This document shows positions 28,146 to 36,790 of a DNA stretch of 64,000 nucleotides, in pieces. The position numbers and the translations under genes are program-made. Position 1 is the stretch's first letter, and every line of letters starts with the position of its first letter. Source of the stretch: Patescibacteria group bacterium. Its GTDB lineage: Bacteria; Patescibacteriota; Patescibacteriia; UBA10025; JBIOWE01. Under the pieces are notes generated by a model. The model was not told the DNA's origin, searched no databases, and saw nothing but the letters and a program-made list of their open reading frames with translations. The stretch lies in the NCBI GenBank assembly GCA_044868145.1, contig JBIOWE010000004.1:137395-201394 (forward strand), in the 5' to 3' direction.

Positions 28146-28871
28146 ATGAATAAAATTCTCCTTATCATTATCATGCTTCTTATCGCAGGCGGCGTTGTGT
28201 ATTGGTTGAACAATCAACCGACGAAAATTGAGAATACCCAATATCATCCGACAATCACACCAACGGATTTTGTTTCCAAAGTCAATAATCCATACTTCAC
28301 GTTGAAACCCGGTACAAAATTCACCTATGAAAACAAAACCACTGAAGGCCTCGAACGCATAGTGGTCGAAGTGACCAACGAGACAAAGGTGGTTCTTGGA
28401 GTAACAACAATGGTCGTCTGGGACAGAGCCTGGCTGAATGATGTTTTAAAGGAGGATACCAAAGATTTGTATACCCAAGATAAACTCGGAAACGTCTGGT
28501 ATTTTGGGGAAGCAGTTGATAATTATGAGAATGGAAAACTCAAAGACCATGCGGGTGCTTGGGAAGCCGGCGTTGATGGCGCACAACCCGGAGTCGTGAT
28601 GCTCGCCGATCCGAAAGTCGGTAATTCATACCGTCAAGAGTACTATAAAGGTCGAGCGGAAGATATGGGAGACATTGTTGCTCTCAATAAGAAAATCACA
28701 GTTCCGCATGGGACGTTTGAGGGCTGCCTACAAACAAGAGACTGGAGCATGGTTGATGCAAGTCTTAATGAATATAAATACTACTGTCCGGATGTCGGCT
28801 TTATCGTGATGGAGGAATCAATTTCTGGTGGACAGGAAAAGGTTGAATTGATAGGCGTTTCAACCCAATAA
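28146..28871 (+). CDS. hypothetical secreted protein
   Basis: Signal/TM N-terminus (MNKILLIIIMLLIAGGVVYWL), then a beta-rich domain. Confidence 0.5.
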   Translation: MNKILLIIIMLLIAGGVVYWLNNQPTKIENTQYHPTITPTDFVSKVNNPYFTLKPGTKFTYENKTTEGLERIVVEVTNETKVVLGVTTMVVWDRAWLNDVLKEDTKDLYTQDKLGNVWYFGEAVDNYENGKLKDHAGAWEAGVDGAQPGVVMLADPKVGNSYRQEYYKGRAEDMGDIVALNKKITVPHGTFEGCLQTRDWSMVDASLNEYKYYCPDVGFIVMEESISGGQEKVELIGVSTQ

Positions 28872-28973
28872 TAGTTTGCTGAAAAAAGGAAAACTTGAAA
28901 CTCCTCATGTTGGGCCATCCCCGACGCCCTCTAGGCAGTCAGGGCGTTTTTTGAGACACTAACTCTATACAAC

Positions 28974-29618
28974 ATGTCTCTAACTGGGAGAACTCTCCAA
29001 AAACAAATTGGTATCGCCCTAAGTTTTCTTGCATTCTTCGCGCTCTGGTTGGTGCTCTACGATGCGGTGAACACGTGGGCATCGGTTCCCGGAAGGGCGC
29101 GGGAATTTGTCAGTGCGCTCGTCTATTACCCGTGGCTCTACCAACCGTGGCTAGCACCCCTTTACATACTGGGTGGTTTTATCAGTCTCGCAGTGCCGAT
29201 CTTCATTGCATTGAGGAATGATCGTTGGCGCCGCATCCTCCTTTCACTAGCTGTCGCATCTGCGATTGCTTTGATTGTCTACGTGGTGTGGCCTGTCAGT
29301 ATCGCACGACCAGTCTATGGAACAACAACGTGGGCTGGACAGCTCATGACCTGGTACACAGCCCATGACAAACCCACGAACACATTCCCAAGTGGGCATA
29401 CGTACTTTGCCATGCTCGCTGCGTTGTGGATACAAGCGAGTAAGGTGCGTCGATCTTGGAAAACCCTGAGCTGGGCCCTCGCTGTCGGCCTCATGGTGTC
29501 AACCGTGATGGTCGGCCAACATTATCCGATGGACGTTCTTGGCGGCATCGTCGTTGGGCTTATAAGTTACTGGTTCGCGACGCACGTCTCTCAAGCCAAT
29601 GCTTTCAAAAATACATAA
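28974..29618 (+). CDS. PAP2-family phosphatase
   Basis: The PSGH motif and a later HYPMDV (SRx5Hx3D-type) motif lie within a polytopic membrane protein. Confidence 0.7.
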   Translation: MSLTGRTLQKQIGIALSFLAFFALWLVLYDAVNTWASVPGRAREFVSALVYYPWLYQPWLAPLYILGGFISLAVPIFIALRNDRWRRILLSLAVASAIALIVYVVWPVSIARPVYGTTTWAGQLMTWYTAHDKPTNTFPSGHTYFAMLAALWIQASKVRRSWKTLSWALAVGLMVSTVMVGQHYPMDVLGGIVVGLISYWFATHVSQANAFKNT

Positions 29619-29640
29619 TCCGCTAAAATAAAACTTTCTC

Positions 29641-30834
29641 ATGGAACCCCAAAAACCTCGTCTCCCGAAAAATGTTTGGGCCATGGGGCTTGTCAGCTTT
29701 TTTAATGATATTGCATCGGAGATCATCTACCCAATTGTGCCGATTTTTTTAACTGTGGTGTTGGCAGCACCGGTCGCTATCGTTGGATTCATTGAAGGAA
29801 TCGCGGAGGCAACCGCGAGTATACTCAAAGTATTTTCTGGCTGGTTCTCCGATAGAGTAGGCAGGCGTAAACCGCTCGTCGTCTTTGGCTATACGCTTTC
29901 GTCCGTCTCAAAATTGCTCATGGCTTTAGCCACAACCTGGCCTTTTGTCCTCGTTGCCAGGTTTACTGACAGATTTGGCAAAGGTTCGCGGGTTGCTGCC
30001 CGCGACGCGCTTATCGTAGAAAGCGTCTCGCCGGAGCTACGGGGCCGCGCATTTGGCTTAAACCGCGCCTTAGACAGTGCCGGCGCGGTCGTCGGACCGC
30101 TCCTGGCTTTATTACTCATTGCCGTATTTCATGACAGTTTCCGGACGATCTTTTTCATTGCGGCCATCCCCGCTTTCATCGGTGTAGGACTGCTCATTAC
30201 ACTCGTCAAGGATGTGCGCAGGCCGGAGAACAGACTGCATCATCCCATTCACTTCGCCAATATGAAACAGCTCGATGACTCTTTAAAAATGTTTCTTCTG
30301 GTGAGCGCGGTATTTGCCATTGGCAACAGTTCCGATGCGTTTCTTATTTTGCGAGCAAAAAATCTCGGACTCTCTACGGTGTTGGCCGTGGCAGCTTACG
30401 TTCTCTTCAATATCAGCTATTCCGTTTTTTCCTATCCAGCCGGCGTTCTAAGCGATAAAATCGGCGCAAAAAGAATTATGGCAGTCGGCTTCGCTCTTTT
30501 TACGATCGTCTATGCAGGCATGGCGCTGGTCCAAGAAAGCTTCTGGCTGTGGGTACTCTTTCCAATCTATGGCATATATATGGCGCTCACCGATGGCGTC
30601 AGTCGAGCATTTATTGCCTCCAAGGTCCAGCCAGCAATGTCCGGCACCGCTCTTGGCCTCCAACAGACAATCGTGGGCATAGGTGCGTTCGTCGCTTCCT
30701 TAGCCGCCGGCTTTCTCTGGCAAAAGTCTCCCAGTCTTCCCTTTTGGCTCGGCAGCGTCATGGCTTTCATTGCCTTAATCATCTTTTTGAGCTATAGAAA
30801 AAGGGTTAAGACGGAGACGATCGTACGTAGTTAA
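29641..30834 (+). CDS. MFS transporter
   Basis: 12-TM layout. A GRRKP-type motif lies between TM2 and TM3 (SDRVGRRKPLV). Confidence 0.8.
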   Translation: MEPQKPRLPKNVWAMGLVSFFNDIASEIIYPIVPIFLTVVLAAPVAIVGFIEGIAEATASILKVFSGWFSDRVGRRKPLVVFGYTLSSVSKLLMALATTWPFVLVARFTDRFGKGSRVAARDALIVESVSPELRGRAFGLNRALDSAGAVVGPLLALLLIAVFHDSFRTIFFIAAIPAFIGVGLLITLVKDVRRPENRLHHPIHFANMKQLDDSLKMFLLVSAVFAIGNSSDAFLILRAKNLGLSTVLAVAAYVLFNISYSVFSYPAGVLSDKIGAKRIMAVGFALFTIVYAGMALVQESFWLWVLFPIYGIYMALTDGVSRAFIASKVQPAMSGTALGLQQTIVGIGAFVASLAAGFLWQKSPSLPFWLGSVMAFIALIIFLSYRKRVKTETIVRS

Positions 30835-30898
30835 ACGCGCCGAGAAAAATAATTATACAACAACGTCGCGAACCTCTGCTCTCCACTGGACGTTTGTT

Positions 30899-31333
30899 GT
30901 GAGCATTCTACTGAAAGGTGTGAATGGATTCCTGGAGATTCTCGGGGGCATCGTATACCTCCTGGTGACGAGTCAAGCCGTCATTTCGATCATTTATACG
31001 TTAACGCAACATGAGCTTCTCGAAGATCCACGCGACAGAATTGCCAACGTGCTCCGAGCATCCGTGAGCGGCATTTCTCTGAACACAAAACTGTTTGTCA
31101 CCATATACCTCTTCGCTCACGGCATTATCAAGCTTTTCCTTGTTATTGCGCTCCTGCGGCGTAAGCTCTGGGCGTACCCGGCGGCGGTCGTGACCTTTCT
31201 TGCCTTCCTCGCGTATCAGGGCTACCAGTATGCACTCACGCCTTCCCTTGGCCTCGTCTTCCTCTCCGTGCTGGACATTGTTGTCATTGTATTGACGATC
31301 CTTGAATATAAGCGTATCCGAGTCAGCGGGTAA
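30899..31333 (+). CDS. DUF2127-like membrane protein
   Basis: 4 TM helices, small. Uses a GTG start. Confidence 0.45.
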   Translation: MSILLKGVNGFLEILGGIVYLLVTSQAVISIIYTLTQHELLEDPRDRIANVLRASVSGISLNTKLFVTIYLFAHGIIKLFLVIALLRRKLWAYPAAVVTFLAFLAYQGYQYALTPSLGLVFLSVLDIVVIVLTILEYKRIRVSG

Positions 31334-31415
31334 AACGTATGGCGCGCAATTGCGACCGTGCCGGTTTTACCCTATACTGAGGATTCGTAGGTTTTATTCA
31401 TAACAAACAAAGTCG

Positions 31416-32009
31416 GTGGTTACGAGGCTCCTGTCAATAATAAAATTCTGGATCCCGTTCGTCATCGCGGGAACCGTCCTGTGCGGCATTATTTATGGAA
31501 CAGTGCAACAAGCCTACCGGCAATCCGCAAATGATCCGCAAATCCAAATGGCGGAGGACGCCGCAACTGCTCTCAAAAAAGGAAAGTCGCCGGCAGAGAT
31601 CGTAGGCCAGGAACCGATTAACATGGCTACGAGTCTTGCGCCGTTTTTGATTATCTACGACGGGAATGGGAAACCGCTCGCATCTTCCGCGACTCTGGAC
31701 AATGAAATTCCGACACTTCCGGATGGCGTGTATGCGTATGCGAAACAATTCGGCAGTAATCGTCTCACCTGGCAGCCGAGACCGGACGTACGGAACGCAA
31801 CCGTAACGGTTTATTACGCAGGACAACAATCGGGCTTTGTGCTGGCCGGGCGGTCGTTGCGTGAAGTGGAAAAACGTGAGAGCAAATTGACGTTTATGGT
31901 ATTTATTGGCTGGCTGTTCTTCCTGTTTGCTACGTTGCTTGGCGTCATTTTCAAAGAATTAATGAGTTCTCTCCAAGGACGTATCAAAGCCCTTGGACAA
32001 ACAAAGTAA
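31416..32009 (+). CDS. hypothetical membrane protein
   Basis: TM helices at the N- and C-termini with a periplasmic middle domain. Confidence 0.4.
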   Translation: MVTRLLSIIKFWIPFVIAGTVLCGIIYGTVQQAYRQSANDPQIQMAEDAATALKKGKSPAEIVGQEPINMATSLAPFLIIYDGNGKPLASSATLDNEIPTLPDGVYAYAKQFGSNRLTWQPRPDVRNATVTVYYAGQQSGFVLAGRSLREVEKRESKLTFMVFIGWLFFLFATLLGVIFKELMSSLQGRIKALGQTK

Positions 32010-32032
32010 CGACACGAAAGAACTGACAATCA

Positions 32033-32644
32033 ATGGGCATCACGGAATCCATAATGAACCTCGCAATACGCATTATCGACGCGACCGGCTATCCGGGCGT
32101 CGGTTTGTTGATGACGTTTGAGAGTATGGTTTTGCCCGTGCCGAGCGAAGCGGTGATGCCGTTCGCCGGCTTTTTGTGGTACGCTGGGACATTTACGTTA
32201 GCTGGCGTTATTATCGCGAGCACCCTTGGCAGCATCCTGGGCTCGCTCATTTCATACTACATTGGCATGTATGGCGGCAGACTATTTGTGAAACGATTCG
32301 GAAGATACCTGTTACTGAACGAGGAGCACCTGACAAAAACCGAGCGATTTTTCGCACGGTATGGCGAAAAAGCGGTCTTTATCAGCCGTTTCATCCCTGT
32401 GGTGCGGCATTTGATTTCGATCCCTGCTGGCATCGGGCGTATGCGGTTCGGTAAATTCATTCTGTATACGACTATCGGCGCAGCCATCTGGAACACGTTT
32501 CTCGCATATGTCGGTTATTTGCTTGCGGAACGATGGGAAACGCTCCGTCGGTATACCGAAGTGCTTGACATTGTTTTTGTGCTGGCTATTCTTGCTGCAA
32601 TCTTTTACTTTTTCTACAAAAGATTTCAGGCTGTCAAAAAATAA
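32033..32644 (+). CDS. DedA-family (VTT domain) membrane protein
   Basis: LPVPSEAVMPFAGF...RFIPVVRHLISIPAGI are the DedA/SNARE-associated motifs. Confidence 0.75.
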   Translation: MGITESIMNLAIRIIDATGYPGVGLLMTFESMVLPVPSEAVMPFAGFLWYAGTFTLAGVIIASTLGSILGSLISYYIGMYGGRLFVKRFGRYLLLNEEHLTKTERFFARYGEKAVFISRFIPVVRHLISIPAGIGRMRFGKFILYTTIGAAIWNTFLAYVGYLLAERWETLRRYTEVLDIVFVLAILAAIFYFFYKRFQAVKK

Positions 32645-32753
32645 GCCCTGGGAGTAATATCGCATTTCAAAAAAACACTTTTTTTGTATACAAAACGCTT
32701 TACAAAACTCGCATATCCTCGTATAATGAGAAAGAAATTGGCAATCGAGAACT

Positions 32754-33629
32754 ATGCAAAAGGTACGAAAAGTCGTGATACCCGCTGCCGGGTATGGTAC
32801 GCGATTCTTGCCGGCGACAAAAGCGCAACCAAAAGAGATGTTGCCGGTCGTGGATACGCCTATTATCCAATATGTCGTGGAGGAGGCGGTGGCATCTGGC
32901 ATTACGGACATTATTATCGTCACGAGCGGCCAAAAACGATCGATCGAGGACCACTTCGACTATCCGTTTGAACTGGAAAAATTTCTCGAACGTGCAGGAA
33001 AAAAGGAACAATTGAAGCTCGTCCGCCATATTGCGGAAATGGCGGATTTTATTTATGTCAGGCAAAAAGGGCCGTACGGCAACGCAACGCCTGTCTTAAG
33101 CGCGCAGCACGTCGTCGGCGATGAACCGTTTGCCGTGCTCTGGGGCGATGAATTTGTGGTGGCGAAGCCACCCCGATTAAAACAATTGCTCACAATCTTT
33201 TCGCGATACAAAGCGCCTGTCATCTGCTTAATGCGAGTTAAGGAAAAACAAGATGTCTCACGCTACGGCATTGCAAAAGTGAAGCGTATTCGCGGTAATG
33301 TCTACCAGATACTTTCCATAGTCGAAAAACCGACATCCGCCGACGCGCCTTCGAATCTCGCCTTTATCGGCGGAGGCGTGTTCACGCCGGAAATATTTTA
33401 CTCGCTCCGTGCACTGAAGCCCGGCAAGGCCGATGAGCTCTGGCTCGTGGACGCAATTAACCTGTTCCTGAAACACAAACCCGTCTATGGTTGCGCGGTC
33501 AAACAAGGGACCTACTACGACACCGGCAACAAACTAGAGTACTTAAAAGCGAATATCGACTTTGCATTGCGGCGCAAAGATCTGCAACGAGACTTACGCG
33601 CCTACTTGCGAACACGAATGCGCAAATAA
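32754..33629 (+). CDS. galU: UTP--glucose-1-phosphate uridylyltransferase
   Basis: VIPAAGYGTRFLPATKAQPKEMLPVVDTP is the N-terminal nucleotidyltransferase motif. About 290 aa. Confidence 0.85.
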   Translation: MQKVRKVVIPAAGYGTRFLPATKAQPKEMLPVVDTPIIQYVVEEAVASGITDIIIVTSGQKRSIEDHFDYPFELEKFLERAGKKEQLKLVRHIAEMADFIYVRQKGPYGNATPVLSAQHVVGDEPFAVLWGDEFVVAKPPRLKQLLTIFSRYKAPVICLMRVKEKQDVSRYGIAKVKRIRGNVYQILSIVEKPTSADAPSNLAFIGGGVFTPEIFYSLRALKPGKADELWLVDAINLFLKHKPVYGCAVKQGTYYDTGNKLEYLKANIDFALRRKDLQRDLRAYLRTRMRK

Positions 33630-33635
33630 CGCTGT

Positions 33636-35012
33636 ATGAAGAAATTCATTATCATCGGAGGCATTGGGGTAGTCGTGATCGTAATCGTACTTATCGCACT
33701 CTCGAGCTCTGGCGGCAATGTTGTGTTGCCGAAAAAAGTTGACCTTACGATTTGGGGTGTCTTCGATGAGGAATCCTCTTATCAGGATCTGATTGCTACC
33801 TATCATACCCTGCACCCCTACGTAAACGTCACGTACAAAAAATTTCGTATTGAAGAGTACGAAGACATCCTTATTTCGTCCTGGGCGCGCGGCATTGGCC
33901 CAGACATTTTTCTTGTTCCGAACTACTGGCTAGGAAAGTATAAGGACTTTAGCACGCCCATGCCCAAGACAACAAAAATGGCATACTATTCAACTGTGAA
34001 AACGCTCGGAATCAAAGAGGAAACGAAAGTTGAATATCGCGAACTCCCCACGGTTTCCATGAATGCGCTACAAAATAATTTCATTGATGCGGTGGCTTCC
34101 GACGTTGTTTTTGATCAACAAATATACGGTCTCCCGCTGTCAGCAGACACCTTGGTGCTGTTCTACAATAAAGATTTGCTCAATAAAGCGGGGTTTCCCT
34201 TACCTCCTCGCACCTGGTCGGAGTTTGTTAAGATGGTTGAAAAAATGACCATTCTCGATGATGCAGGCAACATCGTGCAATCCGGCGCTGCGCTCGGAAC
34301 GTATGAAAATATTCCGCGCGCGTTCGATATTCTCTCCCTCCTCATGATTCAAAACGGCACGGAAATGGTTGACGTTTCAGGCAAACGCGTGACGTTTGGC
34401 AGCGCTTCTCCGAGCGACCCGACGTATATACCCGGGCAGGAAGCGCTGCGCTTCTACACGGATTTTTCTTCACCGACTAAGCAAGTGTACACATGGAACA
34501 CGGGCATGCCGAACGCGCTTGATAGTTTTAGCCAGGGCAGTGTAGCCTTTTTTCTTGGTTATGCGTTTCATATCCCGCTTATCGAGGAACGCGCGACACA
34601 ACTCAAATATAGTATTTCCTTTGTTCCGCAAATCGCCGCGAACCAAGAGGTGAACTACGCGAATTACTGGATCATGTCAGCGGCAAAAGCCTCAAGTCAT
34701 ACGAATGAAGCCTGGAACTTTATTCAATACGCGGCAAGCGAAGAAGCGGTTAGTTCATACCTCAACAAAGCGGGCCGCGTGAGCGTTCTGCGTTCGCTCC
34801 TCTCAACCCAGATCAATGACCCGGAATCCAACGTATACATTTTCGCGAAGCAGGCCTTGAACGCAAAAAGTTGGTACCACGGCAAAGACCCCGCTAAAGC
34901 GGAAGAGGCGTTCAAAAATATGATTGAGACCGTGGTGAACGGCACGGCTGATTATGAAACAAGTCTTGGGACAGCCGCAAAGGTCATTGACCTGACGTTA
35001 CAAACTCCATGA
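33636..35012 (+). CDS. extracellular solute-binding protein (ABC transporter, sugar-type)
   Basis: N-terminal TM anchor plus periplasmic SBP family 1 layout. No permease or ATPase genes are adjacent. Confidence 0.65.
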   Translation: MKKFIIIGGIGVVVIVIVLIALSSSGGNVVLPKKVDLTIWGVFDEESSYQDLIATYHTLHPYVNVTYKKFRIEEYEDILISSWARGIGPDIFLVPNYWLGKYKDFSTPMPKTTKMAYYSTVKTLGIKEETKVEYRELPTVSMNALQNNFIDAVASDVVFDQQIYGLPLSADTLVLFYNKDLLNKAGFPLPPRTWSEFVKMVEKMTILDDAGNIVQSGAALGTYENIPRAFDILSLLMIQNGTEMVDVSGKRVTFGSASPSDPTYIPGQEALRFYTDFSSPTKQVYTWNTGMPNALDSFSQGSVAFFLGYAFHIPLIEERATQLKYSISFVPQIAANQEVNYANYWIMSAAKASSHTNEAWNFIQYAASEEAVSSYLNKAGRVSVLRSLLSTQINDPESNVYIFAKQALNAKSWYHGKDPAKAEEAFKNMIETVVNGTADYETSLGTAAKVIDLTLQTP

Positions 35013-36088
35013 AACGGGTCCTTACACTCTTAGCGATTACGATAGTCGCGTTTGGACTTTTTAGCGTTGCACTGCAAGCAAATGCGCAGGCGCAGCAGAA
35101 CCAACAAACGGCACAAACCACGAACGATGCGTGTGTAGAAAGTGCCTATGAAGACTATGCCGGATGCACGGGTCAATCATCGGATATTTACAACGTAAAA
35201 TGTTTGCGCGTTCTCCCGCCATGCTTCAAGTGTGGAGCCTGCCAGCTTGATGATTTCATCTGGCTGTTCGTGAACATGGGCATGTGGGGCGTGCGCGTCC
35301 TGCCCGTCGTTGCGATGCTGTTTTTCATTTGGGCCGGGTTCGGTCTGCTCACGTCCCGCGGCAATCCGGAAAAAGTCCAAGGCGCGCGCCGGTTCCTCGG
35401 CGCAGTCGTCTGGGGCGTGATCGTCGTTCTCGTTCTCGGCTACGTGTTTACCGCCTTCGTTGTGCAAATACTTACTGGATCCACCAACGTATTCGGCAGG
35501 CCTTGGTACGGTGAATCCACTAGCAAAGAATCGACGGCGACCCAAGGATGTTGCGTCACTCTTCTCGGCTGTTTCGACCAAGTGAGCCAAACCGAATGCA
35601 CAACATACGATCGCGACCCGTTCAAGCCTGCCTATTGGCAGCAAGGCCAATTATGTGGCCAAATCACACTATGTCAAAATCTCGACCGCGGCTGTTGCGT
35701 TCCGCTTAATTATCGTCAGCAAAAATGTGAAGTACCCGAGGGGTCGCGTGGATGCGTGGCGTATCCCAACACATTTTTAAGGGAGGGGAAGGCCTGCTCG
35801 AACATTCCGGAATGTTCTATTGGATGCTGCGTGCCTATCTGTGACCAGGGATACGAGGCTTCTCTTGCTAGTTGCGATGCCGCAAACGGCACCTGGCATG
35901 CGGGAGCTTGCCAAGGCCTGGAAACAGAGGTTGGGTGTTGTCGAGTTGCATCTCCAGTTGGGCAAGGCAATTGTTTCGATGTCTACAATAAGCAACGATG
36001 TGTTGATGGCGGTGGAATTTGGGACGATCAATCTTGTGCATCCAGTGGATTAGAATGCAATTATAATATTAGCATCTGCAGAGACTAA
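35009..36088 (+). CDS. TrbC/VirB2-like pilin-type protein with C-terminal Cys-rich four-module domain
   Basis: Signal peptide. Hydrophobic hairpin WLFVNMGMWGVRVLPVVAMLFFIWAGFGLLTSRGNPEKVQGARRFLGAVVWGVIVVLVLGYVF (the LLTS.GNP motif is shared with the next gene). The C-terminus has four modules starting GCCV/GCCR, with about 30 Cys in total. Confidence 0.55.
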   Translation: MKRVLTLLAITIVAFGLFSVALQANAQAQQNQQTAQTTNDACVESAYEDYAGCTGQSSDIYNVKCLRVLPPCFKCGACQLDDFIWLFVNMGMWGVRVLPVVAMLFFIWAGFGLLTSRGNPEKVQGARRFLGAVVWGVIVVLVLGYVFTAFVVQILTGSTNVFGRPWYGESTSKESTATQGCCVTLLGCFDQVSQTECTTYDRDPFKPAYWQQGQLCGQITLCQNLDRGCCVPLNYRQQKCEVPEGSRGCVAYPNTFLREGKACSNIPECSIGCCVPICDQGYEASLASCDAANGTWHAGACQGLETEVGCCRVASPVGQGNCFDVYNKQRCVDGGGIWDDQSCASSGLECNYNISICRD

Positions 36089-36166
36089 TAAAATTTGTGC
36101 ACCGAAATTCCCAGATGCATAAAGTAGGTTCTGGCATTTAACCCCATCAGGCTTTATACTATACGT

Positions 36167-36520
36167 ATGAAACAATCACGATTTTTCCGAATTCTCGCGG
36201 TCCTCATAAGTGCTTTCTTGCCATGGCTCGCCAATGCGCAAACCCGACCAAAGCTACCTAATCCCCTTGGCCTTGAAGGTGCAAACTTGATTGATGTCAT
36301 TCTCCGTGGACTGCAGGTGATTCTCGGCGTCATCGACATTTTCGCCTTGTTTATGTTTATTCTTGGGGGATTTGAACTGCTGACATCGGGCGGCAATCCT
36401 GATCGGATTAAACGAGGTAAAGAAACGCTCGTTTGGGCAACAGCCGGCATCGTGGTCATCACGTTGAGTTATGCGATCCTCAAATTCGTATTCGAAAGTC
36501 TTACCAAAGTGAGCGGCTAA
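36167..36520 (+). CDS. TrbC/VirB2-like pilin-type small membrane protein
   Basis: Signal peptide, then ILGVIDIFALFMFILGGFELLTSGGNPDRIKRGKETLVWATAGIVVITL. Paralogous to the N-terminal region of the preceding gene. Confidence 0.55.
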   Translation: MKQSRFFRILAVLISAFLPWLANAQTRPKLPNPLGLEGANLIDVILRGLQVILGVIDIFALFMFILGGFELLTSGGNPDRIKRGKETLVWATAGIVVITLSYAILKFVFESLTKVSG

Positions 36521-36541
36521 GGGTCTCGTGACGCTATTGCA

Positions 36542-36570
36542 GCGAACGCATATGCGTTCGTTTTTTTATT
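36542..36570 (+). terminator. intrinsic terminator after the pilin-like gene pair
   Basis: gcgaacgcatatgcgttcg, then tttttttatttg. Confidence 0.6.
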
Positions 36571-36641
36571 TGTTCCGAGGTACAATATATAAATCAATGA
36601 CTAATGACGAATGCTCCCGCCCGTCCCCAATCCTTACCATT

Positions 36642-36748
36642 GTCATCCTGAGGACGCCGAGCGGGAGTCGAGGCGGACGAAGGATCTCCACGCTCTATAG
36701 TAAATCGCCAGGAGATTCTTCGGCCGCCGATGGCGACCTCAGAATGAC
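36642..36748. repeat. inverted pair of GTCAYYCTGAGG...CGAAGRATCTCC elements (third locus of the repeat family)
   Basis: 36642-36689 is gtcatcctgagg..cgaaggatctcc. 36711-36748 is the reverse complement (ggagattcttcg..cctcagaatgac). The termini match the 5932-5960 and 21579-21608 copies. Confidence 0.55.
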
Positions 36749-36790
36749 AGGTTGGGAGCGGGCGAGACAATAATTGGTCATTGTTACTAT

